From a virus (Duplodnaviria > Caudoviricetes): 29,654 nucleotides of DNA. The stretch spans positions 1-29,654 of IMG/VR virus record IMGVR_UViG_3300012953_000145; one strand, 5' to 3'. The number at the start of each line of letters is the position of its first letter. Positions within the stretch are counted from its first letter, which is position 1. This document shows positions 8,000 through 18,800 of the stretch, piece by piece. The position numbers and the translations under genes were made by a program. The notes beneath the pieces are model-generated. The model was given only the letters and a program-made list of their open reading frames with translations, was not told where the DNA came from and ran no database searches.

Positions 8000-10900
8000 A
8001 TGAATTTAGTTAATAACTCAGAAGAAATATTACAAGATATTTCTAATATTTTTAAAAATATAAATGTAATAGACTTAGATAAACTAAGAGTTGAAGATAT
8101 ATCTTTAATTAATAGAAATATTGATGATTATAATACTTTTTTCACTACACAGCAAGCAACTTTTATTGATTATAGTAAATTTGATAACCACGTGTTTTTT
8201 GATAGTGCTGTAAATAAAGTTTCTTATTCTTTTAATAAAATTTTAAATTTTCCTTATGACGTCGATGAATTTAACTATAAACAATACATTAACAAACTCG
8301 AAGGATATACGAACTATATTTACAAAGAAAATTATCCTAAAAATATTAGTTACATAAGTCTAGATGGAAACAAAAAAATACTAGTAAAAAATAAAACATC
8401 TTCTATTGATAGTGACAATATAGAAGAAAAAATAGGTATTTTATGCCCTAAAGATAGATTTAGTTTTAACTTTTGGTTAAAAATAAACGCTAATGGCTTT
8501 GTAAATAATCAAGTTGTTTTTAAATTTTTTAATAGTAATAATAATTCTGGATTTATTTGTTTTATAAGTTTAGATAATAGCAAGTACTACTTGAATTTTT
8601 TAATTATAAATAACTCAAACTTTACTACTTCAAAAACAGAAATTATACTAGATGTTTTTCAAAATATTACAATTAACGTAACTAATAAAACAAACAACAA
8701 TAGAGAAATTAATTTTCTTGTTGATGGAAATAAAGTAGAAAAAATTGACTCACCTTTTATGCTTGAATCAAATAATTTTCATGAATCTTTAGAAGAAATT
8801 CAAACTAGTTTCATTATAGGTTGTAGTGAGCTATTATCTTTAAATATAAACGGTGTTCAACATGATTTTGAAAATCTAAATGGATCAATAGATGAGTTTA
8901 GATTTTATCATAAAATAAAAAGTATAAAAGAAACTAAAAGAGAGATACATAAAAATATTTTCTCACAAAGAGGTTTAGTTCTTTACTTAAAATTTAATGA
9001 ACCCGGGGGAGATTATACAAACTCATATGTATGTATTGATTCATCAGGAAACAAGTTACATGGGTTTTTCCTTGATAACGAAGACAATATAATACAAGAT
9101 ACTACTTCTTATAAAATATCAAATAATACACCTTTGAAATTAGAAGATATTAATTTGTCGCCTATCGTTAATAGTAATTTTCCTGAAATTGAATCTTTAC
9201 GAAGCAACTTGATATCTATTGCAGGAAAATACGATGATAAAAATCCTAATTTAATTTTCAAGTTAATGCCTAAACACTATTTTCTTGAAGCATCAGATCA
9301 ACAAAAATTGCAAATATTTAGCAATACGAATAGTATTAGTAGTAATTATGCTATTGGTGCAGAGCAAGAAGCTAATACACATTTTGTTAATATAGTTCTA
9401 ATATGGGCAAGATTTTTCGATCAGTTAAAAATATATATAGATTCAATATCGACTCTTGTTGATATTGACTATGATATCATTAATGAAAAGAAAATACTAG
9501 GTATAAAAATTCCTCTTCTTTGCAAACTATATGGCTTAGACTTTAAAGAAATATTTTCTTCTATAACAAAAAGAAAACAAAACAAAGAAGCATTAAGATT
9601 TGAAGATATAATAAATGATATTTCAATAAGAAAAATTCAAAATGAAATATGGTATAAGATTTTAATAAATTCCCAAAGTATCTTAAAAGCAAAAGGTACA
9701 ATAAACGGTATAAATGAATTATTAAGTACAGTAGGTATAAATTACAGTAATAATATTGCAATAAGAGAATATTCTTTAAATAATGATCTTACTAGAAAAG
9801 AAAATATATTTGAAGAATCAAGAATAAAACATCTTGGTTTAAACTTTTTAAATCCATATCTTTTAAATACACCAAGTACTTTTGAAAATCAAAGTGGTTT
9901 TTCAAATGAAAAACCTTATATAGAAATATTAAATTTAAAAAACTATTCAAGTATTAATCAAAATAATAATGACTTTATATTAGAAGAGAGTCAAGTATTA
10001 GAAGGCTTAGGTGAAAATTTTAGTATTGAATTATTTTTTAAGTTAAATAATTTCTTAGATAATAATGAAAATATCAAAGATACACAAAATATTTTAAGAA
10101 TAGATCATATAAAAAGTCCAGTTGTAAACATTTATTGTACTAGAAAAAATAAAAACTCAAATCTTTTTAATATTGTAGCAAATATAAAGCCTGTAATAAA
10201 CTCTCATATGTTTAATGTAAGCTTGATTATTGAAAATATCGATTTATTTTCAAGAGAAAATTATATATGTTTGACACAAAGTATCAATGACAATATTATT
10301 ACTTTTAGTTTAAATGCAAGAAAAGCTAACTCTAATTTAATTGTAGATAAAGTTAAAAATGCAAGTAAATCTATAAACATAGAAAATATACAAAGTTCAG
10401 ATATTACTTCAAATCAAGATAAACTTAATTTAAGAATAGGTCACTATTATTATGATAACTTTACAAAACAATTGTTTACTATAGATGAAACAGATTTTCA
10501 AGGAGAAATACTTAATATTAAAACTTGGAATAAAGAACTATCTTATAATGAGATAGAAAATCATAGCAAAAATATATTGAATGTTAGTGAAAACAATATA
10601 AAAAATACAAATTTAATTAATAACTTCTTTGTGAATAGAGAAATCTATGATAGTGATATAATTTCAGATGGATCAATAAGTTATTTTTTAGTAAATAACA
10701 ACTGTATTTTAAGAAAAAAAGAAGATTCATTAATAAAATCAGTTAACGATTGTAAGTTTTGTATAAAAAGCTCTCAAGATTTAAAAAGTCTTGTTTTTTA
10801 TAATGAATTTATAGTACAGAATAAGACTTTTAGTTTAGATAATTTTTCTAATTTAAATAGGACTAAGATTGTTAGTTTTAAAGAAGATGAAAATAAAATT

Positions 10901-11428
10901 ACTACAAATAATTTTAATCAGTTTCCCTCTAATTCTTTACCATATGATTATCAAGAAGAATTAGAAAATAGACTGTCAATTGATTTTTCTACTTCTAAGA
11001 TGTTAAATGATGATATATCAAAACTAATAGTTAATATTGATGAATTTAATGAAACTTTATATAGCAACAATATTTATAATTATAACTATTCTAATATTGA
11101 AAAATTAAAATCTGATTACTTTGATAGATTAAGTGATGAAAATTTTATAAATTACAGCTCTTTAGCAAATGTTTTTAGATATCTTGATAATATACTTTCT
11201 TCTATTTTGCAAGAAATGATACCTAGTAAAGTAAAGTTTCAAGGCTTTAATTTAGTTTATGAATCTCACATATTAGAAAGACATAAATATCAACATAGAA
11301 ATAGTGATTCTAGATTGAATATTTATAATAACAACGAATCTTTTAATTTTTCTAGAAAACCTATAAAAAGTTATAGAGATAGTAGTTACAATAGTAACAG
11401 GAGTATGTTAGATAATGTCATTGATTAA
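8000..11428 (+). CDS. Large baseplate wedge protein (gp7 / P2 gpI-like) with two LamG/concanavalin-A-like domains
   Basis: WARFFDQLKIYIDSI...LLCKLYGLDF...IWYKILIN...ILKAKGTINGINELLSTVGI (KGT at 9692-9700) is the gpI/gp7 signature. LamG motifs: FSFNFWLK...FLVDG...NGSIDEFRFY...GLVLYLKFNE...DSSGNKLHG (~8350-9065) and FSIELFFK...LRIG...FQGEILNIKTWNKELSYNEI (~10015-10560). Confidence 0.72.
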   Translation: MNLVNNSEEILQDISNIFKNINVIDLDKLRVEDISLINRNIDDYNTFFTTQQATFIDYSKFDNHVFFDSAVNKVSYSFNKILNFPYDVDEFNYKQYINKLEGYTNYIYKENYPKNISYISLDGNKKILVKNKTSSIDSDNIEEKIGILCPKDRFSFNFWLKINANGFVNNQVVFKFFNSNNNSGFICFISLDNSKYYLNFLIINNSNFTTSKTEIILDVFQNITINVTNKTNNNREINFLVDGNKVEKIDSPFMLESNNFHESLEEIQTSFIIGCSELLSLNINGVQHDFENLNGSIDEFRFYHKIKSIKETKREIHKNIFSQRGLVLYLKFNEPGGDYTNSYVCIDSSGNKLHGFFLDNEDNIIQDTTSYKISNNTPLKLEDINLSPIVNSNFPEIESLRSNLISIAGKYDDKNPNLIFKLMPKHYFLEASDQQKLQIFSNTNSISSNYAIGAEQEANTHFVNIVLIWARFFDQLKIYIDSISTLVDIDYDIINEKKILGIKIPLLCKLYGLDFKEIFSSITKRKQNKEALRFEDIINDISIRKIQNEIWYKILINSQSILKAKGTINGINELLSTVGINYSNNIAIREYSLNNDLTRKENIFEESRIKHLGLNFLNPYLLNTPSTFENQSGFSNEKPYIEILNLKNYSSINQNNNDFILEESQVLEGLGENFSIELFFKLNNFLDNNENIKDTQNILRIDHIKSPVVNIYCTRKNKNSNLFNIVANIKPVINSHMFNVSLIIENIDLFSRENYICLTQSINDNIITFSLNARKANSNLIVDKVKNASKSINIENIQSSDITSNQDKLNLRIGHYYYDNFTKQLFTIDETDFQGEILNIKTWNKELSYNEIENHSKNILNVSENNIKNTNLINNFFVNREIYDSDIISDGSISYFLVNNNCILRKKEDSLIKSVNDCKFCIKSSQDLKSLVFYNEFIVQNKTFSLDNFSNLNRTKIVSFKEDENKITTNNFNQFPSNSLPYDYQEELENRLSIDFSTSKMLNDDISKLIVNIDEFNETLYSNNIYNYNYSNIEKLKSDYFDRLSDENFINYSSLANVFRYLDNILSSILQEMIPSKVKFQGFNLVYESHILERHKYQHRNSDSRLNIYNNNESFNFSRKPIKSYRDSSYNSNRSMLDNVID

Positions 11429-12875
11429 TATAAATAGAAAAATATGTTTTGCTGAAGGTGATGGTGTCTTAAGTTTTATAAAAAATGAAAATTTAGACTT
11501 TGCAACTGTTAAAGAGAATTTATCTATTTACAGCAAAAGAAATACATTTGTCAATAATATTGGAGATTGCAGTATATATCCAGGAATCAATTCAAGATTT
11601 TGCTATAATGATATTTTAAATAGTGATTTTTATAAAATAAACAGCTTTAGAAATGATTTATATGAAATATCAAGTGCTTTATTGTACATAAAAGAAAGTA
11701 CAGGATTACAAGATACACAAATAGAAAATGATAGCGAACTAATTATTACTGATTATTTAAATAATGCTATTAGGTTTATTTTTAAAACAGACACAGATAT
11801 TGTTAATGGCTCAACTGATGTGTATGGTAGTGTTATTATAGGTATAGCAAGTGTTTCTGGTAATCAATATTTACAAAGAATCAATCTTGCAATTAGAAAC
11901 TATTTAAAAAATAATCCTAGTTTTAACTTTTTTATTGATGTTGACAATAATAATAATGATGTATTAGTATTAAAACAGAAGAAACCAGGAGTACTAGGAA
12001 GTATATACGTTGCTGCACCTGAAGGTATTATTGTTGCATCAAATATTTCTGGAAAATTTTCAAATGAAAATTATGAAAATGAATTAGAATACAAACCTTT
12101 CAAAGATAATCTTATTATTAAAAAGTCAATTCAGGATAATCCGAAAATTTTCAAAAAGACTTTAGGTATAAATAATCTAGATTATGAAGAGACAATATAT
12201 TTTGACGACTCTTTGGTTAAATTTAATAATGATTTTTATTTTGAAAGTCCTGATCGTATAAAATGGAACTTTACTTTTAATTCAAAAGCTATTAATTCTT
12301 TAAGTACTACAATTAGTCCTATTGAAACTATTAGTATACTAGAGGGTAATATAACTACTGAACAATCTTTATTAGGAATAAAAGGTAATTTAGTATATAG
12401 CGGAAAAGATGCTAGAGATAGATCAAATATACAAGTAAACAAAGAAAGAATAATTCCAGATTCAAATTATATTTTTAATACAATAGCTAGCAGTAAAAAT
12501 GAATATGAAATAGAAGCATTTAATGAAGAAGGATATGATGATTTAGTTGCAATAAGATCTGAGCCTTATCAAGTTAATTATGAATTTCAACGTACTGAAA
12601 TAAACGGTCAGATTTTTAATAAGCTATTTACTTTAGATACTCCTAGAAATTTAACTGTTTTATCTAATGACATTTTAATATATAATGAAGATAAAATGGA
12701 TATTTTACCTTTTCATGAAAGAGATAAAGTGAGCAAGAATTATTTAAAACCAGAAGAAGACTTTTTTATAGATAATGAAATATTATCTTTTAAACATTAT
12801 TCATGTGGTAGAGATATTAACAGTGAATATTCAATACTCCCAGAGTCAATTGCTTATTATGGAGAAATAGAGTAA
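11415..12875 (+). CDS. Putative virion structural protein (486 aa) carrying the shared beta-rich module
   Basis: Long ORF overlapping the previous gene by 14 nt, AGGAG at 11399-11403. Residues encoded by 11670-12059 align by eye with segments of the 738 aa and 2124 aa proteins. Confidence 0.75.
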   Translation: MSLININRKICFAEGDGVLSFIKNENLDFATVKENLSIYSKRNTFVNNIGDCSIYPGINSRFCYNDILNSDFYKINSFRNDLYEISSALLYIKESTGLQDTQIENDSELIITDYLNNAIRFIFKTDTDIVNGSTDVYGSVIIGIASVSGNQYLQRINLAIRNYLKNNPSFNFFIDVDNNNNDVLVLKQKKPGVLGSIYVAAPEGIIVASNISGKFSNENYENELEYKPFKDNLIIKKSIQDNPKIFKKTLGINNLDYEETIYFDDSLVKFNNDFYFESPDRIKWNFTFNSKAINSLSTTISPIETISILEGNITTEQSLLGIKGNLVYSGKDARDRSNIQVNKERIIPDSNYIFNTIASSKNEYEIEAFNEEGYDDLVAIRSEPYQVNYEFQRTEINGQIFNKLFTLDTPRNLTVLSNDILIYNEDKMDILPFHERDKVSKNYLKPEEDFFIDNEILSFKHYSCGRDINSEYSILPESIAYYGEIE

Positions 12876-15800
12876 TGTCTAAAAAAAGAATTGTAGGTAT
12901 AAATGAAACAGTAACGACAACTAAAGCTGAAGGTATTATGGTTTTTGATATTGATCAGTCTGATAATAATTCTGTTCAATTTTTCAATACGGGTGGTTAT
13001 TCTTTTGTCTTAGAAGATGCTGAAGGTTATAGAGTTCGTTTTTATTATGATAATTCTGGAAGCGGTTTTTTTACAACAGCTACAAGCTTATCAGATTTTC
13101 AACCAAGATATCATAATAATGATCCTACTCAATCTTATTATGTTTTTGATAGTGATAATCCATTTTTTGGAGAATCTTCTACAAATCCTTTTGGGTTTAC
13201 AGATCCATACTGGCAAGGTACTCCTGTAAGAATTAATAGACAAGATTTAAACACTGGTCAGACTTTGACAGTAAATTATATGAATTATTACCCAGATCAG
13301 TATAAAGTTATATTAGAGGAACTAGTTAAAAGAACTGTAACAGCAATTAATTATGCTGATGAAGTAAAAATATCTGCTAGCTATACAATGGAAAAAGAAG
13401 GTTTTAGAGGTGTTATTACGCTAAAGCAAACAATTGCAGGTCCAGAAGGAAATACTATAATCGATAGAGGTCAAGGTAGTTCTATAGCAGAACAGAACTT
13501 TTATGGAATTCTTACAGAAGACATTAAAACAACAAATTTTACTGGAGGTACTGTTAGTGCTCCTACATATGAAAATGTTTTTAGCGAAAGATCTGGAAGT
13601 TTATCGAATGCTATAAAAAAAGAAATAAATAGAAAATCATTTTTACCTGGTATTTTACCAAGCAATAAAATTACAACAGGAAAGAAGTTAACAAGAGAAA
13701 ATGTATTCTTTGATGACACTTTAACATGTATTTTTGAAAATAAAGATAATATCAATACAATTTTTGGACTTCCAATAACAGAAGCGACTATAAACGGAAA
13801 AGAAGAACTATTTTTTACATATAGTAACATAGACGAAAGTCATATCTATGATTCTTCTATAGATAAGTTTAAAAATGAGCAGCTTCTCTTAAGAAATTCT
13901 GGAATTTATAGTAAACCTAATAAATTAAATTTTGAAGCATTTATAAAACCTGATGTTGTTGATCAAAGTGAAGAAAATAAGTTAATTAGAAAAATAATGG
14001 GTAAAGATTCTCTAGATAGATTTGTTGATCAAAAGAGAGTTGTAGAAGAATATACGCCTTATGAAGAAAATTTTGGTAAATTTACAGGAGAAGGATCTGA
14101 TTTTGAAACTTTTAATATAGATAATGATCCTAATTACAATATTAAAAACAGAAAGCAAATAAAAATATCTCTTGATTTTTCAGGTGAAAAAAACAAAAAC
14201 GCTTATCTAGTCAATACTGCAATTGCTTATAATGATGTAGCTCCACCGGCTCTACTAGATGACAATATTCATTATACAGATCAAATTAACTTTTTGAAGG
14301 GCAACAAAAAAGCTGTAAGTTCAAAAAGCTTTCCGACAGCATACTGGAATTTTAACGACAATAGATGGGAATACTTAGATGCAAAGTCTATAAATACAGC
14401 ACAAGATGGTTTTGTAAGTTCTAATGGTAATGAAAACTTTATATTTCCTGCTAATATTAGATATAAACAAATTTTAGAAATTGCAAATGCAGATCCACTT
14501 GTAATCGGCTATAACTTCTTAGATAATGTTAAAAATAATTTATTAAATAGGCCTATATGCTTTTCTCCATCTTTTAGACCTAATTTAAGTAACAATAGTG
14601 GGGCTTTGCAATCACATAACGAATCTTTTCTTATGCAACCTACAACTTCTCATGGTTTTCCACAGAAATATAACTGGCAGCCTCATGAAAATCATGTGCT
14701 TAAAATGTCTGATTATATTGACGAAAATTTTATTGCTGAAAAGATAATAATTAAAGGCAAGATTTCTGCTAATTTTGAAAAACCTTTAAAATATGGTAAT
14801 TATGGTAGTAATGCATATAGTTTTTATAACTTTGAATCAGACTATCCTTTAAAACAATTAAGAAATAAATACGCTGAAAGTATTGATACTTTAGGTTTTA
14901 ATTTTTTCATATTGAATCAAAGAAAAAATGCTGATATTATTAATAAAAGCCAAACTATTCCTCATTCGTCTTTTTATGTTGACGCTGATTTAGCATGGGG
15001 AGGAATGTATACTTCATTACCTACAGCTTGGTATTCAGATGATTACTTTTTAAGAACAGGTTTGTATTCAGAACATGCTTTTTATAATAACAACGAAATT
15101 AACTCAAGTTTCAGTGATGGATTTGTTTATGAATTTGCAAATAAAAATTTAGATTTTTATAAAATAGATAGTTCAGCTACGAACAAAATCTATATAAAAC
15201 AAAATAAAAACATGTTTTATTATTTAGATGAAACTGATACATTGGCATCATCTTCTAATAGACATACTCAATTTGTGTTTAGAGATATAGAAAACTGGAA
15301 TGAAAACAACTACAATAATGATGTAATATCAGATACAGCATTTGATAGTCAAAATAGCATTAATATTTTTGACATTAATAGTTCTTACGCTGACGGTGTT
15401 GAACAAAGAGATGTTTCAAGAGAATTAGTTACTTTTTCAAATCTATTGTTTGTAAATACTGTGAATGATAGTTACTCTAGTCAAACAATAGAAAATTGGT
15501 ATAGCGGATATAAAAAATATAACAATATTGATAAAATATTGTTTACAGATAGTAATTCTGTTTCAGAAAAGTCTTTTACTATTAATTCTAATCTTAAAAA
15601 CTATAATAAGTCAAACTATATTGATGAATCAAGCTATATTTTAATTAGTAACAAAACAAATGATACTTTGATTGAAACTGGAAGTTTATCATCTTTTGAA
15701 GCTTCTTTAGCTTTTGAAGCTAATATTTTTAGTGATAGTTTTTCTAATTTTGCTAGTGCATTAGATAATAAATATTTTGAGCTTGAACTTGAAACATCAA

Positions 15801-18800
15801 AATTAATATTTATATTTAAAAATAATACTAGTAATCCTGAAATTGTTTATAAAGAATCCAATAACAAAGGTGAAGGTCAAAATGTTATCAATATAAATTA
15901 TTTAAGTAATAGCTGGTCAGATAGTTCAGATATTTCTCTTGATCTTGATCGAGCTTTTTTTAATTTCAATAATTTTTTATCACAACTTTCAATAAATGTT
16001 TTTAATGATACTGTTTTAAGTGATTTGTTAATATTTGCAAATCAGGATAGTGGTAGTAATATTTTCAGTGAAATGAAAATTCAATCTACATTAAATGACA
16101 AAAGCTTAGATTCAAAATTAATTAATATAAAATTTATAGGTAAAGACAATGACGAAAACGTAATACCTCAAAAAGAAACAACAAATTTTTCTGGTAACAT
16201 TTCTTTATCAATTGCAAATTCAATAGCAAACGTACCTGATACTTTAGATATTGAGATATTAGAAAATAATGTAAATATTCTAGAAGGTTTTTCAAAAGGT
16301 TCTGAAAACTTAATAGGTGTTAGTTCTGAAAGAATAATTAATAAAAAACTAACAGGAGATAAAAAGCTTAGTAGTGCAAACAATGAAATCGATTATAATT
16401 ATTACTCTGATTACCATAAAGATTCAATAGTAAATACAGAATATTTAATAAAACCAGAAGATGAGTTTATATTTGGAATAAATTCTTACGGTAATGGAGA
16501 TTTAATAACTTCTATGGTTGAACTACACGATAACTTAGATATTATAATTATCGGAAGAACTCAAAGAGATTACAATAAACAAAAGACTTCAGAATCAAAG
16601 TCAATAAGAAAAGTTTTAGATTCATCAAAAGAAAGAAAGACAAACATAGAAGGTTCTTATTTAACTAAAAATAATTATTTTAGTAATAAATTCAATATAA
16701 AAGATTTTAAAGCAAATAAAAGATTAATTGGAAGTTCTTCTTCTAATAAGTTTGGAACTTGGGGTGGCTTTATAAATTTAGAAGAAGTAGATAAATCATT
16801 GCAGATAGATAAACTAAGCAGAACAAGAACATTTAAAAAATATTTTTATGATTCTATTTTACCTAACTTTGTAGACGTATTTATTAATATAAACTCTAAA
16901 GGATATAAATTTAACCCTATTGAACAAAATATTATTAATTTTATCATAGATGACAATATTGAAAGTGATAATATCACTACTAATGATACAAGTAAAAGTA
17001 AAATTTTGTTCAAGTCTGACTGGTTGAATAAATTTATATTCAATGATTCAGAAAGTTTCGCAGAGTATAGAAATATAAACAATACTATAAATTCATCTAT
17101 TACAAGAACACTTGGAAGTCAAATACAAAAATCTACAGAAATAAACGTTAATATTAATGAAAATTCTTACAATTTGACAAACATATCAGGTAGTTCTATA
17201 GGTGAATATTCGTTACCTTATACAGAGCTTGCTCATGGAGACAACTATAGTAATGATTCTAGACTACCTTTGAAAATACAGAATAATAGCAAATATAACT
17301 TTATTAAAAACAATAAGAATATAGTAATAGATAGCAGCAAATTAGATAATTTTCAGGTAAATTTTTCAATTCAAAAACCTATAGGGTTTCAAAAATGGAT
17401 TTTAGTAATACACGACTCTCAAAATATTTTAAGAAATAATAATTGGCCAATATATTTGAAAGCTAGAGATTATATTGAACAAAATAATGAGGATTTTGAA
17501 AAGATTAAGGCTACTGTTGGTAGTACAACATATAATCATATAGTTTCTAAAAGATCTATTCCTTTAACACTTCATGATTTGAAACCATATTCTTTACCTA
17601 ACGGTGATACTTATTATTTATTTAAATCATTTAGCAAAAACTTTAAAGTATATTTTGAAACAGAAGAAATTGAAACAGATTCAGGAGATCAAGGAGTTAT
17701 TTTAGATAATATAAATACATATCAAGATTATTTTTACCCGAATAAAAATAGATATTATACAGAGCTTGAATATTGGGAAGTAGCTGAGATAATAAAAAGT
17801 TTTTCTGATGACATGGATAGACCTGAAAATTATGGAGACTCGTCTTCTGGCTTTCCTTATAACGAAAATGTTTATACACAGTATAGTGATTTTGCTCAAA
17901 CAAATTTAAGACCTACAGCAAATGTTTCAAAATTATTATATGATGTAGTAACAAATAATCCAAGTAATTTTTTTGCTAAAATTTATGATTTGGGTGAACA
18001 AATAGGTGATAGCGGAAGTACTTTTTTTACTCCCGATATTAATAATATTTGTAATGTATCAATATCAAGATATAAGTTGACAAATGCAAAATCTATCGAT
18101 AGACCTGTTTTAGAAAATTATTTACAAGACAGATATAAGTTTGATGAAAAAGAATCGATTATCAATACAATTCAAACTTATATTGACAAAAAGTATTTAG
18201 AAGATGAAGCAGATAAATTAAAAAGCGTAGAATTAGAATTTGATCAATTAAATACTCTTAATCAAGATCTTTTATTAAATGAAAAAATATATGAAACTGA
18301 CGTATATTATCTTTCTCCAATTGAATCTAGCGAAAATCCTGGAGAAATGATTGATAGCGGTAATATGATTAAAACTAATACTAAAGCTATATTTAAGTAT
18401 ATAGAGGATGAAAACGGTTTACTATTTCCTTATATAGATTTACTTTCGATGAAGACAAAAAGCTCTTTATTAAATACAAGATTTAACAAAAAAGATAGCA
18501 GTATATTCCTACCAGAAAAAGGAAAAATAAGAATATATGAACAAACTTTGCTTGACATACATAATGAAACAAATATCATAGTAAATAGTGACATTCCTTA
18601 TTTTGATATTAATTTAAATAAAAACGACAGCAACGGAATTCCTTTTAATTCATTAAAAATTACTGAAGATGAATTGAATATTCCGACAAGTCCTAACAAT
18701 AATGATGAATTTATTTATAGTCAAAAAAATGGAAGTAAGTTATTTACAATCAAAGCAAATAACTATCTAAGTGAAAATAGTAATATGTTTAATGCATCTT

